A stretch of DNA of 64,000 bases, taken from positions 1,441,419-1,505,418 of the forward strand of contig NW_015166426.1 of the NCBI RefSeq assembly GCF_001447785.1. Reading direction: 5' to 3'. Source of the stretch: Gekko japonicus (lineage: Eukaryota). This document shows positions 11,961-24,454 of this stretch, in pieces. The notes beneath the pieces were generated by a model. It had not been told where the DNA came from. It made no database searches and worked only from the letters and a program-made list of their open reading frames with translations. The position numbers and the translations under genes were made by a program. How positions within the stretch are numbered: the first letter of the stretch is position 1; each line of letters opens with the position of its first letter.

Positions 11961-12758
11961 GAATTCTCTTTATACTTAGCCAGGACACTGAAGTAGCATG
12001 CCTAGAATTGGAGCTGTTAGGTCCTGTTATTCTGCCCTCGGAATTTATCATCACTTGAGGAAGTCCTTCACACATAATAATATGGATAGTTATTACAGAT
12101 CAGTGCGCCACATGCCCTTACACCATCCAGCATCTACTTCAGACATCTGATGAAACCAACAGTACCACAGGGTACTTTGTTGTTTTTCTTTCGACAAAGG
12201 TACTCTACCAGAATTTGCTCCTGATCCCACCCCCTCCGAAATCCTTAGAAAACGGAGGGGATGCAACATATAGGGATTTCACAGCAACAGCCCTCAACAT
12301 ATAGATGGAGGGAAGTGAAACTGTCACTGCAATCTACAGCCGTAAGTAAATCTAACAGGTGTGGAGAGGAAGAGCTTTTCTTGTATTCATTTATGTGCCT
12401 GCCTGGCCTGAAGCAGCAAGCCAAGATAAAGAGTATGTCATACGGCATTTCTGTCTGATTCCTTGTATGTCTGTGATCTGCCTGCCAAATCTAACAGTCT
12501 CCCTGAAGCACCACATTTTTCAGCAGGAGTAAACCACGTTACAGAATACAGAAGGATGAATAGGAAGGAAATTGTTTCTGTGCCAAAGTTTACCGCTACG
12601 CTTCCTTGCTTTCTCTTTCATATCCACCACCATGTGCAAACACATGGATGACTTAGTCTTGGTTTCATCAGGCTATGGGCTACTACGGTACTAATAAAAA
12701 AATTAGAGCCCTTTCAGAAGTGCTCCAAGAATATTTGTGTCAGAGGAGTGGTGGTGGT

Positions 12759-12964
12759 CAGTGTTCCCTCTAAGCTGAGTTAGTGTGAGCTAGCTCACAG
12801 TTTTTTAGCCTCTGGCTCACACATTTTTGTCTTAGCTCAGGAAGGATGGCTCCAGGGCAAACTAATTTATGCAGTAGCCAAATCATTTGCTCACAACTTT
12901 AATGCCAGTAGCTCACAGAGTAGAATTTTTGCTCACAGGACTCTACAGCTTAGAGGGAGCATTG
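12759..12964 (+). mobile_element. ~206-bp hAT MITE, copy 2
   Basis: TIRs CAGTGTTCCCTCTAAGCTG / CAGCTTAGAGGGAGCATTG; 8-bp TSD GTGGTGGT. It sits in the tail of a minus-strand 5S SINE (~12975-13160). Confidence 0.9.
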
Positions 12965-13429
12965 GTGGTGGTAGTGGTTGAAAGTGCCATTAAGTCATGG
13001 CGGGCTTCTGGCAACCCCTCATGGGTTTTTCAAGGCAAGAGATGAGCAGAGGTGCTTTGCCATTGCCTCTCTCTGCGTAGAAAGCCTGGGCTTCCTTGGT
13101 GGTCTCCCATCCAAATATTTAACCAGAGCTGCTTAGCTTGCAACATCTGACAAGGTCACGGCATCAGAGGGAAATAATCTCTCACAAGTACTATTGGACT
13201 TAGACTATAGCCATGACCCTGTAGCCATGCCTGTTTAGCACCCCCTTCCCAATTGTGGCCAGCCCTTTTTGCTAGGAAGTAATGTAAGAAGAGCATCTTT
13301 GAGTATTTGCAGAGAATCTTACCAATCTGTCTCTGTGTGCTTAAGAAACAGAATTTCCATGGTGTGGAAGCAAAATGTCAACACCTCCTTTTTTGTTTCT
13401 TACAAATAAAGCATTGCCCCATCTCTCTT

Positions 13430-13607
13430 AGTGTGTCTGTAAAGTGACAGCGAGTTGCAGCTAATTTATGGTAACCCCAGAAAGCGGCTTTCAAGGCAAG
13501 TGAGAAGCAGAGGTGGTTTGCCATTTCCTATGCAGAGTCTTCCTTGATGGTTTCACTTAAAGTACCAGCCCTGATTAGCTTCTGAGATCTGACGAGATTG
13601 GCTGTTT
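13430..13607 (-). mobile_element. 5S-derived SINE split by the 13608-15173 hAT element (head remainder at 15174-15200)
   Basis: Sequence parallels the 8610-8800 copy, and the head CATGCCGCCTTCC resumes after the hAT element. Confidence 0.75.
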
Positions 13608-15173
13608 CAGGGGTGGCCAAACAGTGGCTCGGGAGCCGTGTGTGGCTCTTTCACACATATTGTGTGGCTCCAGGCAGGGCAGATGGGGAAGTGAAGGGAG
13701 GCATGCCTCCTCGGTCTTCCCTTCCCCAGCCAGTTTTCCCGTCCCTAGGAGGCTTGAGGTGGGGGGGAAGCAGAGAAAGAAAGCAACTTTAAATGCATTC
13801 TCAAAGCCCCCTCCCCTGGGCAGCTGACTTGGAGAACGCTTTTGTCTCTTTAAATTCCTTCTCTAAGCCAACCCTGCTGGCATAGGGATGGGGTGGGGGT
13901 TTGGAGGACGCATTTAAAGTTGCTTTCTTTCCACNNNNNNNNNNNNNNNNNNNNNNNNNNNNNNNNNNNNNNNNNNNNNNNNNNNNNNNNNNNNNNNNNN
14001 NNNNNNNNNNNNNNNNNNNNNNNNNNNNNNNNNNNNNNNNNNNNNNNNNNNNNNNNNNNNNNGTTAAATGTGTTCTCCAAGTCCCACCACACCAGCCGGC
14101 TAGCTTGGCTCGGGGAAGGCATTTGTCTCTTTAAATTCCTTCTCCAAGCCAATGCAGCAGTGGGGGTGGAGGCTTGGAGAACACATTTAAAGTTCCTTTC
14201 TTTCCACCTCTCCCTTCCTCCCTCCCCTCCCCATTTATTTGCTTTCTTTCCACCTCTCTCTCTTTCTCTTTTCCCCTTCCTTCCTCCATCCCCCATCTAT
14301 TTGCTTTCTTGCCACCTTTCTTTCTTTTCACCTTCCTTTCTCTCTTTCCATCTCCCTCCCTCCCCTCCCTCATCTATTTGCTTTCTTTTCTTTCTCTCTC
14401 TCTCTTCCTCCCCCCATCTAGTTGCTTTCTTTGTTTCTCTTTCTCTCTTTCCCCCTTCCTCCCTCCCTCCCCCATCTGTTTGCTTTCTTTCCACCATTCT
14501 TTCTCTTTTTCTCCCTTTCTCCCTTCCTTCCTTCCTGTTTGGTGCCAGTTTGGTGTAGTGGTTGTGCATTTGATTCCCCACTCCTCCACTTGCAGCTGCT
14601 AGATGACCTTAAGCAAGCCATAGTTCTGTCAGAGTTATTATCTCAAGGACAGTTCTGGAAAGAGCTCTCTCAGCCCCACCTACCTCACAGGGTGTTTGTT
14701 GTGGGGAGGGGAAGGGAAAGGAGTTTGTAGGCCACTTTGAGACTCTGAGTGAAGGGCAGGGTATAAATGAAATCTCCTCCTCTTCTTCTTCTTCGTCTCC
14801 TTCTCCTTCTCCTTCCTTTCTCTTCCTTCGTTCCCCCACCCTCCGTCCCCCCATCTTTTTACTTTCTTTGTTTCTCTCTTTCTTTCCATCTCTTTCATTA
14901 TTTCTTTCCACCTCTCTCTCTCTTTTTTCCTCTCTTTTGGACAAATAAATATCATTAGCAAACAAATATCATTGGAAAAATAAATGTCATTATCAATATC
15001 TGTTCTTACTCTTTTGTTTTTATTTTTGGCAGTCTCATTTAATGTTAATAAAAAAGCAAATCTGCATATTTTCCAATCAAGACATGTGTAATATTTGTTC
15101 ATGTCTTGTGGCTCTCAAACATCTGACCTTTATTCTATGTGGCTCTTGCATTAAGCAAGTTTGGCCACCCCTG
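13608..15173. mobile_element. Non-autonomous hAT element with internal CT-rich low-complexity repeats, an assembly gap and a nested Squam3 SINE (~14544-14800)
   Basis: 15-bp TIRs CAGGGGTGGCCAAAC / GTTTGGCCACCCCTG; 8-bp TSD GGCTGTTT / GGCTGTAT (7/8); subterminal GTGGCTC repeats. Confidence 0.85.
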
Positions 15174-15228
15174 GGCTGTATCATGCCGCCTTCCTCCCCC
15201 CCATCTCTCTTTACAGCATTATAAAACA

Positions 15229-15904
15229 CAAGAAAGGGTACCCGCGAAAATCGCGGGGGGAGGAGCGGGGGAGCTCCACACAGAAAAGGCGGAGGAGGAA
15301 GAAGCAGTTAAGCTTTCCCCCCATCCCATCGGTTCCCCATCTCCTCCTCCACCACCCTCCACTACCACCCCCCGCTCGCCGCCCCCCCCCCCCCCCCCCC
15401 CCCCGGTCAGTCTTCTGCAGGTTGCCAGCCTCATCCTGGCAACTCTATTCTTCAACAAATTCAAAGCTGCCTTCGAAACATGGGCCCCATTCACACATGC
15501 ATATGTCTCTTCCCCCCCGGCTCCGAAGCGAGGCCCGCACAGCTTGCAGCCGCCGGGCCTCGTCAGTCTCTCTCCCCCCCGCTCCAAGCAGCCTTGTCAG
15601 TCTTTCCCCCTCCCCTTCCGCCTCCAAAGTGAGGCCTGCGGCTTTCGGCAGTCTCTCTCCCCCCTCCTCCCCGCACTGAAGCGAGGCAGTTTGCAGAGCG
15701 TTCCCTGTGCATGCGCAGGGAACGCTCTTTTAGGTTTGGGAGGATTTTAGTATCCCCCGGTATGCTTTTAAAGTTTTCAGATTTTTGTGCACACCTGGGG
15801 ACTGCCCCAAGTGTGCACAAAAATCTCCCTCCTCCCCAGGTGCTGCCGATGCACGGATTTAGGTATCCGCACGCACGGGGGTGACTTCACTATTAGTATA
15901 TAGA
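15229..15904 (-). mobile_element. Non-autonomous Helitron
   Basis: Minus strand begins A|TCTATATACTAATAG and ends with the hairpin CCCGCGA-TTT-TCGCGGG, then TACCCTTTCTTG|T (decayed CTAG). No TSD. Homologous to 34330-34914. Confidence 0.75.
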
Positions 15905-15974
15905 TCAGTAGTCCTGACATTTTAAAATTAATTTCGACCAACACTTCTGCACCCCTTTTTAACCCTCAGGCTAT

Positions 15975-16480
15975 TTTTATTGTTTATTTATTGTTTCTAT
16001 TTGTATCCCGCCTTGCCAGACACGCTGGCTTAAGGCGACTAACAAGATCAAAATATCATAAAACAATCCAAATTTAGACAGTTAAAAACGACATCCCAGT
16101 TGACAACATCAATAGATAAAAACAGCAAATGATGGCGATATTCAAGTTGACCCAATGGTGGGGATAGCATCCAACAAAGTCAGATGATAAGTGGTAAAAG
16201 TGGCATTCAGCAGGGTCCCAGGCCAGAAGATGTTGGCCACGTTCATCAGTGGCGGCTCCTAATCAAAAGCCTGGTGGAAGAGCTCCATTTTACAGGCCCT
16301 ACGGAACTGTAAGAGGTCCCGCAGGGCCCTGATGTCCTCCCGGAGTTCATTCCACCAGTGTGGAGCTGCCATGGAGAAAGCCCTGGCTCTGGTGATAGAC
16401 AGTCTGGCTTCTTTCGGACCAGGGAGAGTCAGGCGGTGTTGTGAGCCCGACCTCAGTGCTCGCTGGGGCACATATGGTGA
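15975..16480 (-). mobile_element. L2-clade LINE 3' fragment
   Basis: ORF 16259-16471 (ARAFSMAAPHWWNEL...FRRACKMELF) is the typical L2 ORF2 C-terminus; AATAAA-rich tail. Confidence 0.85.
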
Positions 16481-16584
16481 TTATTAATCTGAACCTAAAC
16501 ACGTCCTCTCATTTTAACAACTGATGCTCATTTAGTCAGAGATGTGAATGCAGACTGTCTGATATCCTTCTCATAGAAAATTTC

Positions 16585-17000
16585 AGAGGTTGGTCTGCAG
16601 TAGAAGAGCTAGATTCGAGTCTGCTGGCACCTTAGAGACCAACAAGATTTTTCAAGGTATGCGTTTTTGAGAGTCAAAAAGCACCCTTCGTTTCTACAAA
16701 ATGCTCCCTTTCGTAGAAGTAAGCTAATTAATTATGGTATGAGCTTCATGGGCAATAGCCTACTTCAAGAAACATTTGAAGTGGATAGAGGAAGAAAGAA
16801 CCCTAAAATTTCCTCAGTTCACAAAAAATAAAATCACAGAGGTGACCTACATTTATAAGCAGATGAACACTCTGATCTTACGAACATAGGCAATCATTTG
16901 ACAGTGCTCTCTCTGGACTGAGGAAACGATTCTCTCCTTTCCCTCCATGCAGCCACTGAAGTTGACTGTTTTACCTATATAAGCTTGTGCCACAAAGGTC
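16585..17000. mobile_element. Cluster of decayed Penelope-like terminal fragments
   Basis: GAGTC..CTGGCACCTTAGAGACCAACAAG at ~16615-16650. Decayed ...GAAGCTCATACC motif on the minus strand at ~16736-16770, and another remnant at ~16955-16995. Confidence 0.5.
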
Positions 17001-17871
17001 ACCTTTTACTTGGTTGCTCGTCATTTGCTTACTCGGGCGCAGCTGGTTCATAGCTAAATGTGTGGAGTAACTTAATCCCTTTGAAGTGCCCTGAAGTGAT
17101 CTGAAAGTTCTATCTGTGGTGATCTGGGATGGCTCAGTCACACATGGCATTCATCACTTGATGCTGGAGCCCTAAAGCAAAGGAGAGGAATGTGTGAATC
17201 AGCCCTTAAGTACCACTCATGCAGACATGCATTGTTTCTCTTTTAATTAACGAGAGTCAATCACAGCAGGGGAACCGAGTCTGGACAAAGCGGCAAAGGT
17301 TTTCTGTAGACAGCTTTTTGAATAGGGTTCAGTTAAAACAGATCCGTCACTCCGCCCCCTAAGTGTTCTCAAAAAGAGCGACATGCTAAGGGAACTGCTC
17401 TGAAGGAGTGGTTCATAACCTTGTCAAGTTAGTGATCATCCGGCTTTTCTCTTCCTGCTCTAGCTGTGGCTTTTTTCCAATTTTTCCTCCTTGAAATTGG
17501 CATTCGTTTCAATTACCTGCGGTTCAAGTGAATGCTAGTGATCACTGAGATTTGCTGCTTTTTAGCACTTTGTGGTGACACACTGGAAAGATGAGAAAAG
17601 GCATGCATTTTCCAAAGAGATAACGTTGTGAGCAATCCAGTGGACACTGTTGCCTCTCGGTTCCCCGTTGATTCCAATGAATAGAAGTTGTACAGCGGTG
17701 GGATGCATTGGGTTGCTCCTGTCGTGTCCTTGGGTCGATTTGACATTGCTGGCTGAGGTTGTTATCATTAATATTGTGTCAGTGTGCATAAGTCTTGTAT
17801 GAGGATGTTGATACACAGCTGTATTTGAGCAGCCGGACAGCAAGATCAAAAATTAGGGAGTGTGGGTCCCT

Positions 17872-18050
17872 TGCCTTGACCTGGATAGCCTAGGCTAGCC
17901 CAGTCTTGTCAGATCTTGAAAGCAAAGCAGGGTCGACACTGGTTAATATTTGAATGGGAGACCTCCAAGGAATACCAGGGTTACGACACAGAAGCAGGCA
18001 ATGGCAAACCACCTCTGAAGGCCTCTTGCCTTGGAAACCCTACAGGGTCG
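17872..18050 (+). mobile_element. 5S-derived SINE
   Basis: Same head and body as 5682-5892. Confidence 0.85.
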
Positions 18051-18494
18051 CCCAAAAAGGATCACTTACAGCTGAAGTGGATGCTTCTCCCTGATTACTC
18101 CCAGTTTAAAGTCTTAGGATTTTAATACAGGATTACATAACATCACACAGAGTTGAATGTCTGTTGGTTGAGAATACATCTAAAACCCACTGAGTGCAAA
18201 GTTGAATGTATTAGATCAGCTTTGAAACATGTGAAACAAATATCCAACTCTAAGAAATTGCATAGAGGATTTTGGGGTCTCTTTCACAGGGTGTATTTTA
18301 AAGATATTTTAAGTGTTCAGCTAAGAATGGAAATTGGGTGTTGTATCCCCCTACTCATATATTTTTATCTGTTCCTAATACCTTCTGTGGTGTTTTGCGG
18401 TGTCAATATTTTGTGTGTTTTATTTCAATGAATTAATGTAGGGGTTTTATGTATATTGCTGTAGTTTAAAATGCCAGCCTCAAAAGTAAGAAAT

Positions 18495-18833
18495 GGGGCT
18501 GCGGTGGCTCAAGTGGTTAAGACGCTGAACTGCAGACTGGAAGGTTGGTAGTTCAGCAGTTCGAGACCCAAGTGCCGTATGACGGAGTGAGCTCCTGTCT
18601 CTGGTCCCAGTTCCTGCCAACCTAGCAGTTTGAAGGCAAGAAATTGCAAGTAGATAAATAGGTACCATTTAGGTGGGAAGGTAACAGCATTCCGTGAACC
18701 TCAGCATCTAGTCATGACCATGGAAATATCTTTGGACAGTGCTGGCTCTTTGGCTTGGAAATGGAGATGACTACCACGTCCCTAGAGTCGGACGTGACTG
18801 GGTTTCAAGCAAGGGAAACCTTTACCTTTACCT
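18495..18833 (+). mobile_element. Sauria SINE (Squam1), full length
   Basis: tRNA-like head, GCCAACCTAGCAGTTTGAA..GCAAGTAGATAAATAGGTACC core and (ACCTTT)n tail. 12-bp TSD AAAGTAAGAAAT (18483-18494 and 18834-18845). Confidence 0.92.
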
Positions 18834-18997
18834 AAAGTAAGAAATAGGGGGGCTGGATGGGCAATCAAAGTGTTTTATGATTGAAAGGTAACTGTACCCT
18901 ACAGGCAGAGTTGACTTGCTTTGGAGAGAGAGTTATTCAATGGAGGGAGGGGGAGAATTGAGTAGTGTGCTGTGGAGTGTGACAGAAATCTGTGTTC

Positions 18998-19092
18998 TTT
19001 GTGGAAGATACTAGCCTAAGTGGCAAGTTAGGAAATTAAACTTTGTGGAAGTTATTAGCCTAAGTAGCAAGTGAAAAAATAAGCCTTTGTGG
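18998..19092. repeat. ~43-bp tandem duplication (about 2.2 units)
   Basis: CTTTGTGGAAG.TA.TAGCCTAAGT.GCAAGT is repeated directly. Confidence 0.75.
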
Positions 19093-19113
19093 CTAGGTCT
19101 ATTTAAGGAACTT

Positions 19114-20077
19114 TAAGAACATAAGGGAAGCCAATGTTGGATCAGGCCAATGGCCCATCTAGTCCAACACTCTGTCACACAGAGGCCAAAAACACCAGGT
19201 GCCATCAGGAAGTCCACCAGTGGGGCCAAGACACTAGAAGCCCTCCCACTGTTCCCGCCCCCCCAAGCACCAAGAATACAGAGCATCACTTGCCCCAGGC
19301 CGAGAGTTCCTATCTATACCTTATGGCTAATAGCCACTGATGGACCTCTGCTCCATATGTTTATCCAGTTCCCTCTTGAAGTTGTCCATGCTTGTAGATG
19401 CCGCCACCTCCTGTGGCAGTGAATTCCATGTATTAACTGCATGGGTGAAGAAGTACTTCCTTTTATCCATTCTAACCCGACCGCTCAGCAATTTCATGGA
19501 GTGCCCATGAGTTCTTGTATTGTGAGAAAGGGAGAAAAGTACTTCTTTCTCTACCTGCTCTATCCCATGCATAATCTTGTAAACCTCAATCACATCACCC
19601 CTCAGTCATTGTTTCTCCAAGTTAAAGAGCCCCAAATGCTTTAACCTTTCTTCATACAGAAAGTGTTCCAACCCTTTTATCATTCTAGTTGCCCTTTTCT
19701 GCACTTTTTCCCAATGCTATAATATCCTTTCTGAGGTGTAGTGACCAGAATTGTACACAGTATTCAAAATGATGTTGCACCATCAGTTTATACAGGGGCA
19801 TTATGATACTGGCTGATTTGTTTTCAATTCCCTTCCTAATAATCCCCAACATAGCGTTGGCCTTTTTTTAGCGCAGTCACACAATGTCTTGACATTTTCA
19901 GTGAGTTATCTACTACGACTCCAAGATCTCTCTCTTGGTCAGTCTCTGCCAGCTTGGACCCCATCAGTGTGTATTTATAGTTAGGATTTTTGGCCCCAAT
20001 GTGCATCACTTTGCACTTGGCCTCATTGAACCCCATTTGCCACGTTGACGCCCACTTACCCATCCTCAACAGATCCT
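19114..20077 (-). mobile_element. CR1 LINE, 5'-truncated (ORF2 C-terminus and 3' UTR)
   Basis: ORFs WQMGFNEAKCKVMHIG...ERDLGVVVD and MIEVYKIMHG...TRTHGHSMKL...WNSLP are CR1 ORF2 hallmarks; (TTCTTATG) tail. Confidence 0.93.
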
Positions 20078-20184
20078 ATCTGAAACCAATATGCTTATGA
20101 CCTTTACTAAAACCATTATGCTGTTATACTTCTAACCTATTTGTGTTTAAGAGAAAACTACTTTATTTAGAATAAAGTATACGC

Positions 20185-20345
20185 TTTTATTTATTTATTT
20201 ATTTATTTATTAGATTTATACCCCACCCTCCCCAAACAGGCTCAGGGCGGCTGACAACAGAGGCAAATGCCACAACAAACAGTTAAAACAGCATAAAAAC
20301 AGTCATTAAATAAAGTGCGGTGCTCTTGATGTTAAATCTTCTTAG
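20185..20345 (-). mobile_element. L2-type 3' tail fragment with (TAAA)n
   Basis: (ATTT)n followed by ATACCCCACCCT..GGCTCAGGGCGG, similar to the tail at 15975-16100. A similar remnant lies at ~22935-23195. Confidence 0.55.
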
Positions 20346-21481
20346 TCCAAGATGGGTTCCATTTGTCAAGCCTAACCTGACAACATATGTTTTACCCCAG
20401 AGCCATCCCCACATGCTGACCGTTCTGTCATTCTAGCAAATATAACTAAGCTGTCCTGTTCTTTGTGTCCAACTAAGAATTCTAAAGCAAGAGTCTTTGG
20501 TGACAGTGAAAATAAGTAGGAAAAGGAAGCAGCACAATACACATAACCTCAGAAAGTGTTACATTTAAGGGGTCTCACAGAAAAGAGCAAAAACATTACA
20601 CACTCCTAGTGTAAAACAGATTTTGTACTTTAAGTGCCACAAAATGTTCAGAACCAGAGCTGCTTTCAGCTACTTTTATAGCACTTACACTTGTGTCTGC
20701 ACAGGGGCTTCCTTATTCTTGCGTGCCTTCCTCAAGATCAGGGATGACCAGTGTCTTTTCCCTCAGATAGTAATCCAGGTCCATTTGGATGCAAAATATG
20801 ACCCCTTCCCACCCCACAGCCCTCCGGTGGGATCACCTGGAAATTAGTTTTTCACAGTTCCAAAGCACATGCTGTGTTCAGTATGTTCAGGCATGGCTGG
20901 CATTGTATAAAAAAACCAGAATCAGAAGTATAATATGAATGCCTCACTCTTTCACACACACACACTCCTCTTTTGAAAACAGTTTTCTTTTCCTCGTGAG
21001 TAAAAATATTTACCAGACTTTGGTGAAATGTGACAGGATGACCAGGTTCCAAATAGAATTGTGATATGGGTCTGTTGTTGTCACAGAGACCCAGTGTGGT
21101 ATAGTGGTGAAAGACTAAGACAGCAGGGACCTAGACTCCATTCTCCACTCTTCCATGAAGCTTACTGGGTGACCCTGGGTCAGTCTCATAGCCTAACCTA
21201 CATTATATGTGGGGAAGTGTGGGGAAGCTGCCCTGAGCTTGCAGGAAGGAAGGACAAGATAAAGTTGTAATTCATAATCTTTGCTACAGAATCAGGTAAC
21301 TTTGCTTCAGTGAATCGCTGCATTGTGATTGGAGTTGTTCAGCCTGCCTAAATCAGGCTAATCCTGCAGATTTAATCAGCCAAAGCAGCTGTTTGGACAA
21401 TAAGAATGAACAGCAGTAACTGCATGGGTTAAAGGAGTTTAGCTGAACCACTAAATAAGCCTTGTGAATTGAGCTGGACAG

Positions 21482-22256
21482 TGTGACAGGCATCTCCTAA
21501 CAACTGAGGGGACCCACACAGCCCCTTATGATTTTGGGGGACCAGGTTTGTTTTAATGTGTAAAACTTCTCCTCGGTTACAAGATGTCCTTAGGGTGGCA
21601 AGTGTAAAGGCTTTGGGTCCACTGCCATGAGGTATGCTTTTTGGCGAGCAAGTAGAACATGGAGATCCCTGAGGCAGGAGTTGTATGTAAGTAACAAAGA
21701 AGATATATTTATTTACACGTCGGTTTTAAAGAACAGGACAGCAGTACAAGTCTCCAGCTTGTCAAAGGGGAAACCTGGCTGAGGTGCATAAGTTTAAGCT
21801 AGTTATGGCTCCAGAGTGTGGTTTGAACTCTCTTTGCTGCTTTCAGGTACAAACAGGCTTTCACTGGCCAGCCACTAGGTTGGATCTTATCACATGCACA
21901 AGATTCCACAGGATTACACCCAAGATTCAGACTAAATGGTGCAGGGTCTGCTCATCACCAGAGAAAGGCCTAACAACTGGGTATTCTATCCTGTCCCAAA
22001 GGTAGAGATAACCACTCTGCCATACTACCAGGCAGAGTTGCCCTTCAAACTGCTGTCTCGTTGAGGCAGAACTATATCATTGCACTCTTCCTGAAGCAGA
22101 TCTGAACTCACTCCTGTTGTGCTTCCCTCCAACATTCCATCCCACCTCCTCTGAAAGGTGATTGGATGCTGGAGCAGCACTTCCACAGGCTCAGGGATGA
22201 GTCCGCTGAGTGGCTTTCTTTCCCTTCAGGGGCAGGACACCCTCCTGTCTATCACA
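21482..22256 (-). mobile_element. Solo LTR
   Basis: TGTGACAG ... CTATCACA termini; 5-bp TSD GACAG (21477-21481 and 22257-22261); AATAAA on the minus strand near 21710. Confidence 0.75.
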
Positions 22257-24454
22257 GACAGCAACCACCAAAATATTAATACCCTTTGGGTAGGAAAATT
22301 GGGGCTTCATCAATCTGACTGCCCTCCCCCTTCGTTTTTCTCCTGTATAATATATTTATTTTAGACCACTAGATTTGGTATTCTTCATAGATAAGAATAC
22401 GAGTGGAAGTGGCTATTAACAGGAAACGTTTCTCTTTCTCCTTATGGAAAATTAAAATCATGAAAGCAAGAAAACTTGTCAGCTAACCCATGTGTAACGA
22501 ATAGATCTTACGATCGAGGCAATAAGGATGAGGTTCGTGGTTGTGACATATTTACGTGTAAGATGGAGATCGTGATAACGTATCTATCTTATGGGCTTTT
22601 GTTCTGATTACTGAGATGGCGTACATGTAAATGCTGTCATTATATGGTCCCAGCCTGAGTCCTGCATGGGGAAAGCTGTTTACTTGTGCTCACTTGGTAG
22701 CTCTTTTTCAGCTTGAGGCCCCATCCTCTCCTCTGTAATGTGGGAACAATAATAATATTGATGTGCCTTACAGGATAGTTGTAAGAGTTCTGAAAAGATA
22801 ATATATGTAAAGTGAGTGTCTGCAAAGCTGTGTAACTATTGATTATTAGGATAAATCTCTCATGGATCTGTGGCTGTAATGCCATAATCTAGGAGGACAT
22901 TATAAAGAGAGCAGGGAACTGGTAAAATGGATCTATTTCATTATTTACAAAATTTGTACCCTACCTTTCTGCCCTTATAAGGGCCACAAAGGCAGCTAAC
23001 AATTTAAAGCATACAGGATGGAAATCACATTTTAAAAGCATTTAAGTCAACCCCAATCCCAAACATACACCATTAAAACTACTAAAAAACAGAACTAAAA
23101 TACATACAAAACATTAAAAAATACTTGTTAGGAAGGAGAGGTCATTGAGGGAATGCCAAACAAAACAAAAAGAAAAAAAATGTGCAGGAAGATGCTTTCT
23201 ATCAAGATAAGCGTGTTGGAATTTTAATTGCCTTGAAAAAAATTCAGTAGCTCTCTATTCTCCTCTATTTTCATATTCTATTGGGTGCATTATACTGTCT
23301 TTAGCTCATTTTTCTCTAATTGTAAAATCCAGTTCAGCCGATACTATAATTTGGGAAATCTAGGGTATTGTGTGCATTTTATTCCATTGTTGTTAATGGT
23401 GTTTTATTGCATTGTTTGTTGCATATATTCTACTGATTGCTCTCTCTCTCTTCCTCTGTTGTTCTTAAAACTATAATCTGCCTTGAGTCTCAGCGAAAAA
23501 GGCAGACGTTAAATGCAATAAATAAACAAAATAAACAACAATGATAGAAGTTAGTGAATCAGGCTTAGAAATGTTATCAGTCATTCTGGAAAACATATTA
23601 TATATTTCATTTCCCCATAATTTAGTGGCGTAACTCTGTGGCTCTAGGTGATGATCAGCTTGGCTGTTTGTGCTGCAGTTATGTTCCTTACAAGGAAGGA
23701 GGGCCTTGTAATATGTCAATACTCACCCACAGGGACGTGATTTACGTCTCACTGGTGGTGTTCTTATTTCCCTTGATGTATATAATGCAAGCTACATTCT
23801 GTTATTACGGTAACTCATACCAAGATGTCGGGAGACCAAACAACAGCATCAGGGAGTGATGCTTCTGGCCAGATAATCAATCTTTCTTAAGTTATTTCCA
23901 GTTTAATGCAGAATTACAAATTTGCCCTTGTGAACTGGCTTGGATGGTAATATCGAATGGGGATTTTTCATCAAATGCTAAAACTTTTTTTTTTGGGGGG
24001 GGGCAGCCTCTCCTCAGCATAGCAGAAGCATTAATGCTAGCAAAGTGTGATGGAGAGGCGGAGGATAAAGTTTGTAGTGCTAATGCTTTCTGCCCTGATT
24101 GACTGGAAAGCTATGATTCCTGCAGAATGACAATATGCTACCTTCATCCCAATCGCTCCCATGTGCTGTGGTGTAGAGTGTGCCCCGCATTCCAATTTGC
24201 TATGCTCCTGAAATGCTATTATCTTGACATGAAAAGCAATATAATGATGTGGAAATGTAGGATTCAGGAATACAAATCTCCTGTGAGCCGTGAGTGATAC
24301 TGGAGTGACTTGGGTCCTATCTTAAGCAGGTTTTCTTTTCATATGCAATCGGTGGGTTGTGCAATATCGGGACTGGAAGGGAATCTAAAGTTCATCTGCT
24401 CCAGTCCATTGTACTGAGGCGCCATTCTGAAATACTATAAGGGTACCTGTGGCC

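Noticed and set aside
13850-15750. Long ORFs of 100-220 aa on both strands
   Set aside because: They arise from CT/GA low-complexity tracts, N runs and GC-rich Helitron interior, and show no domain-like content.
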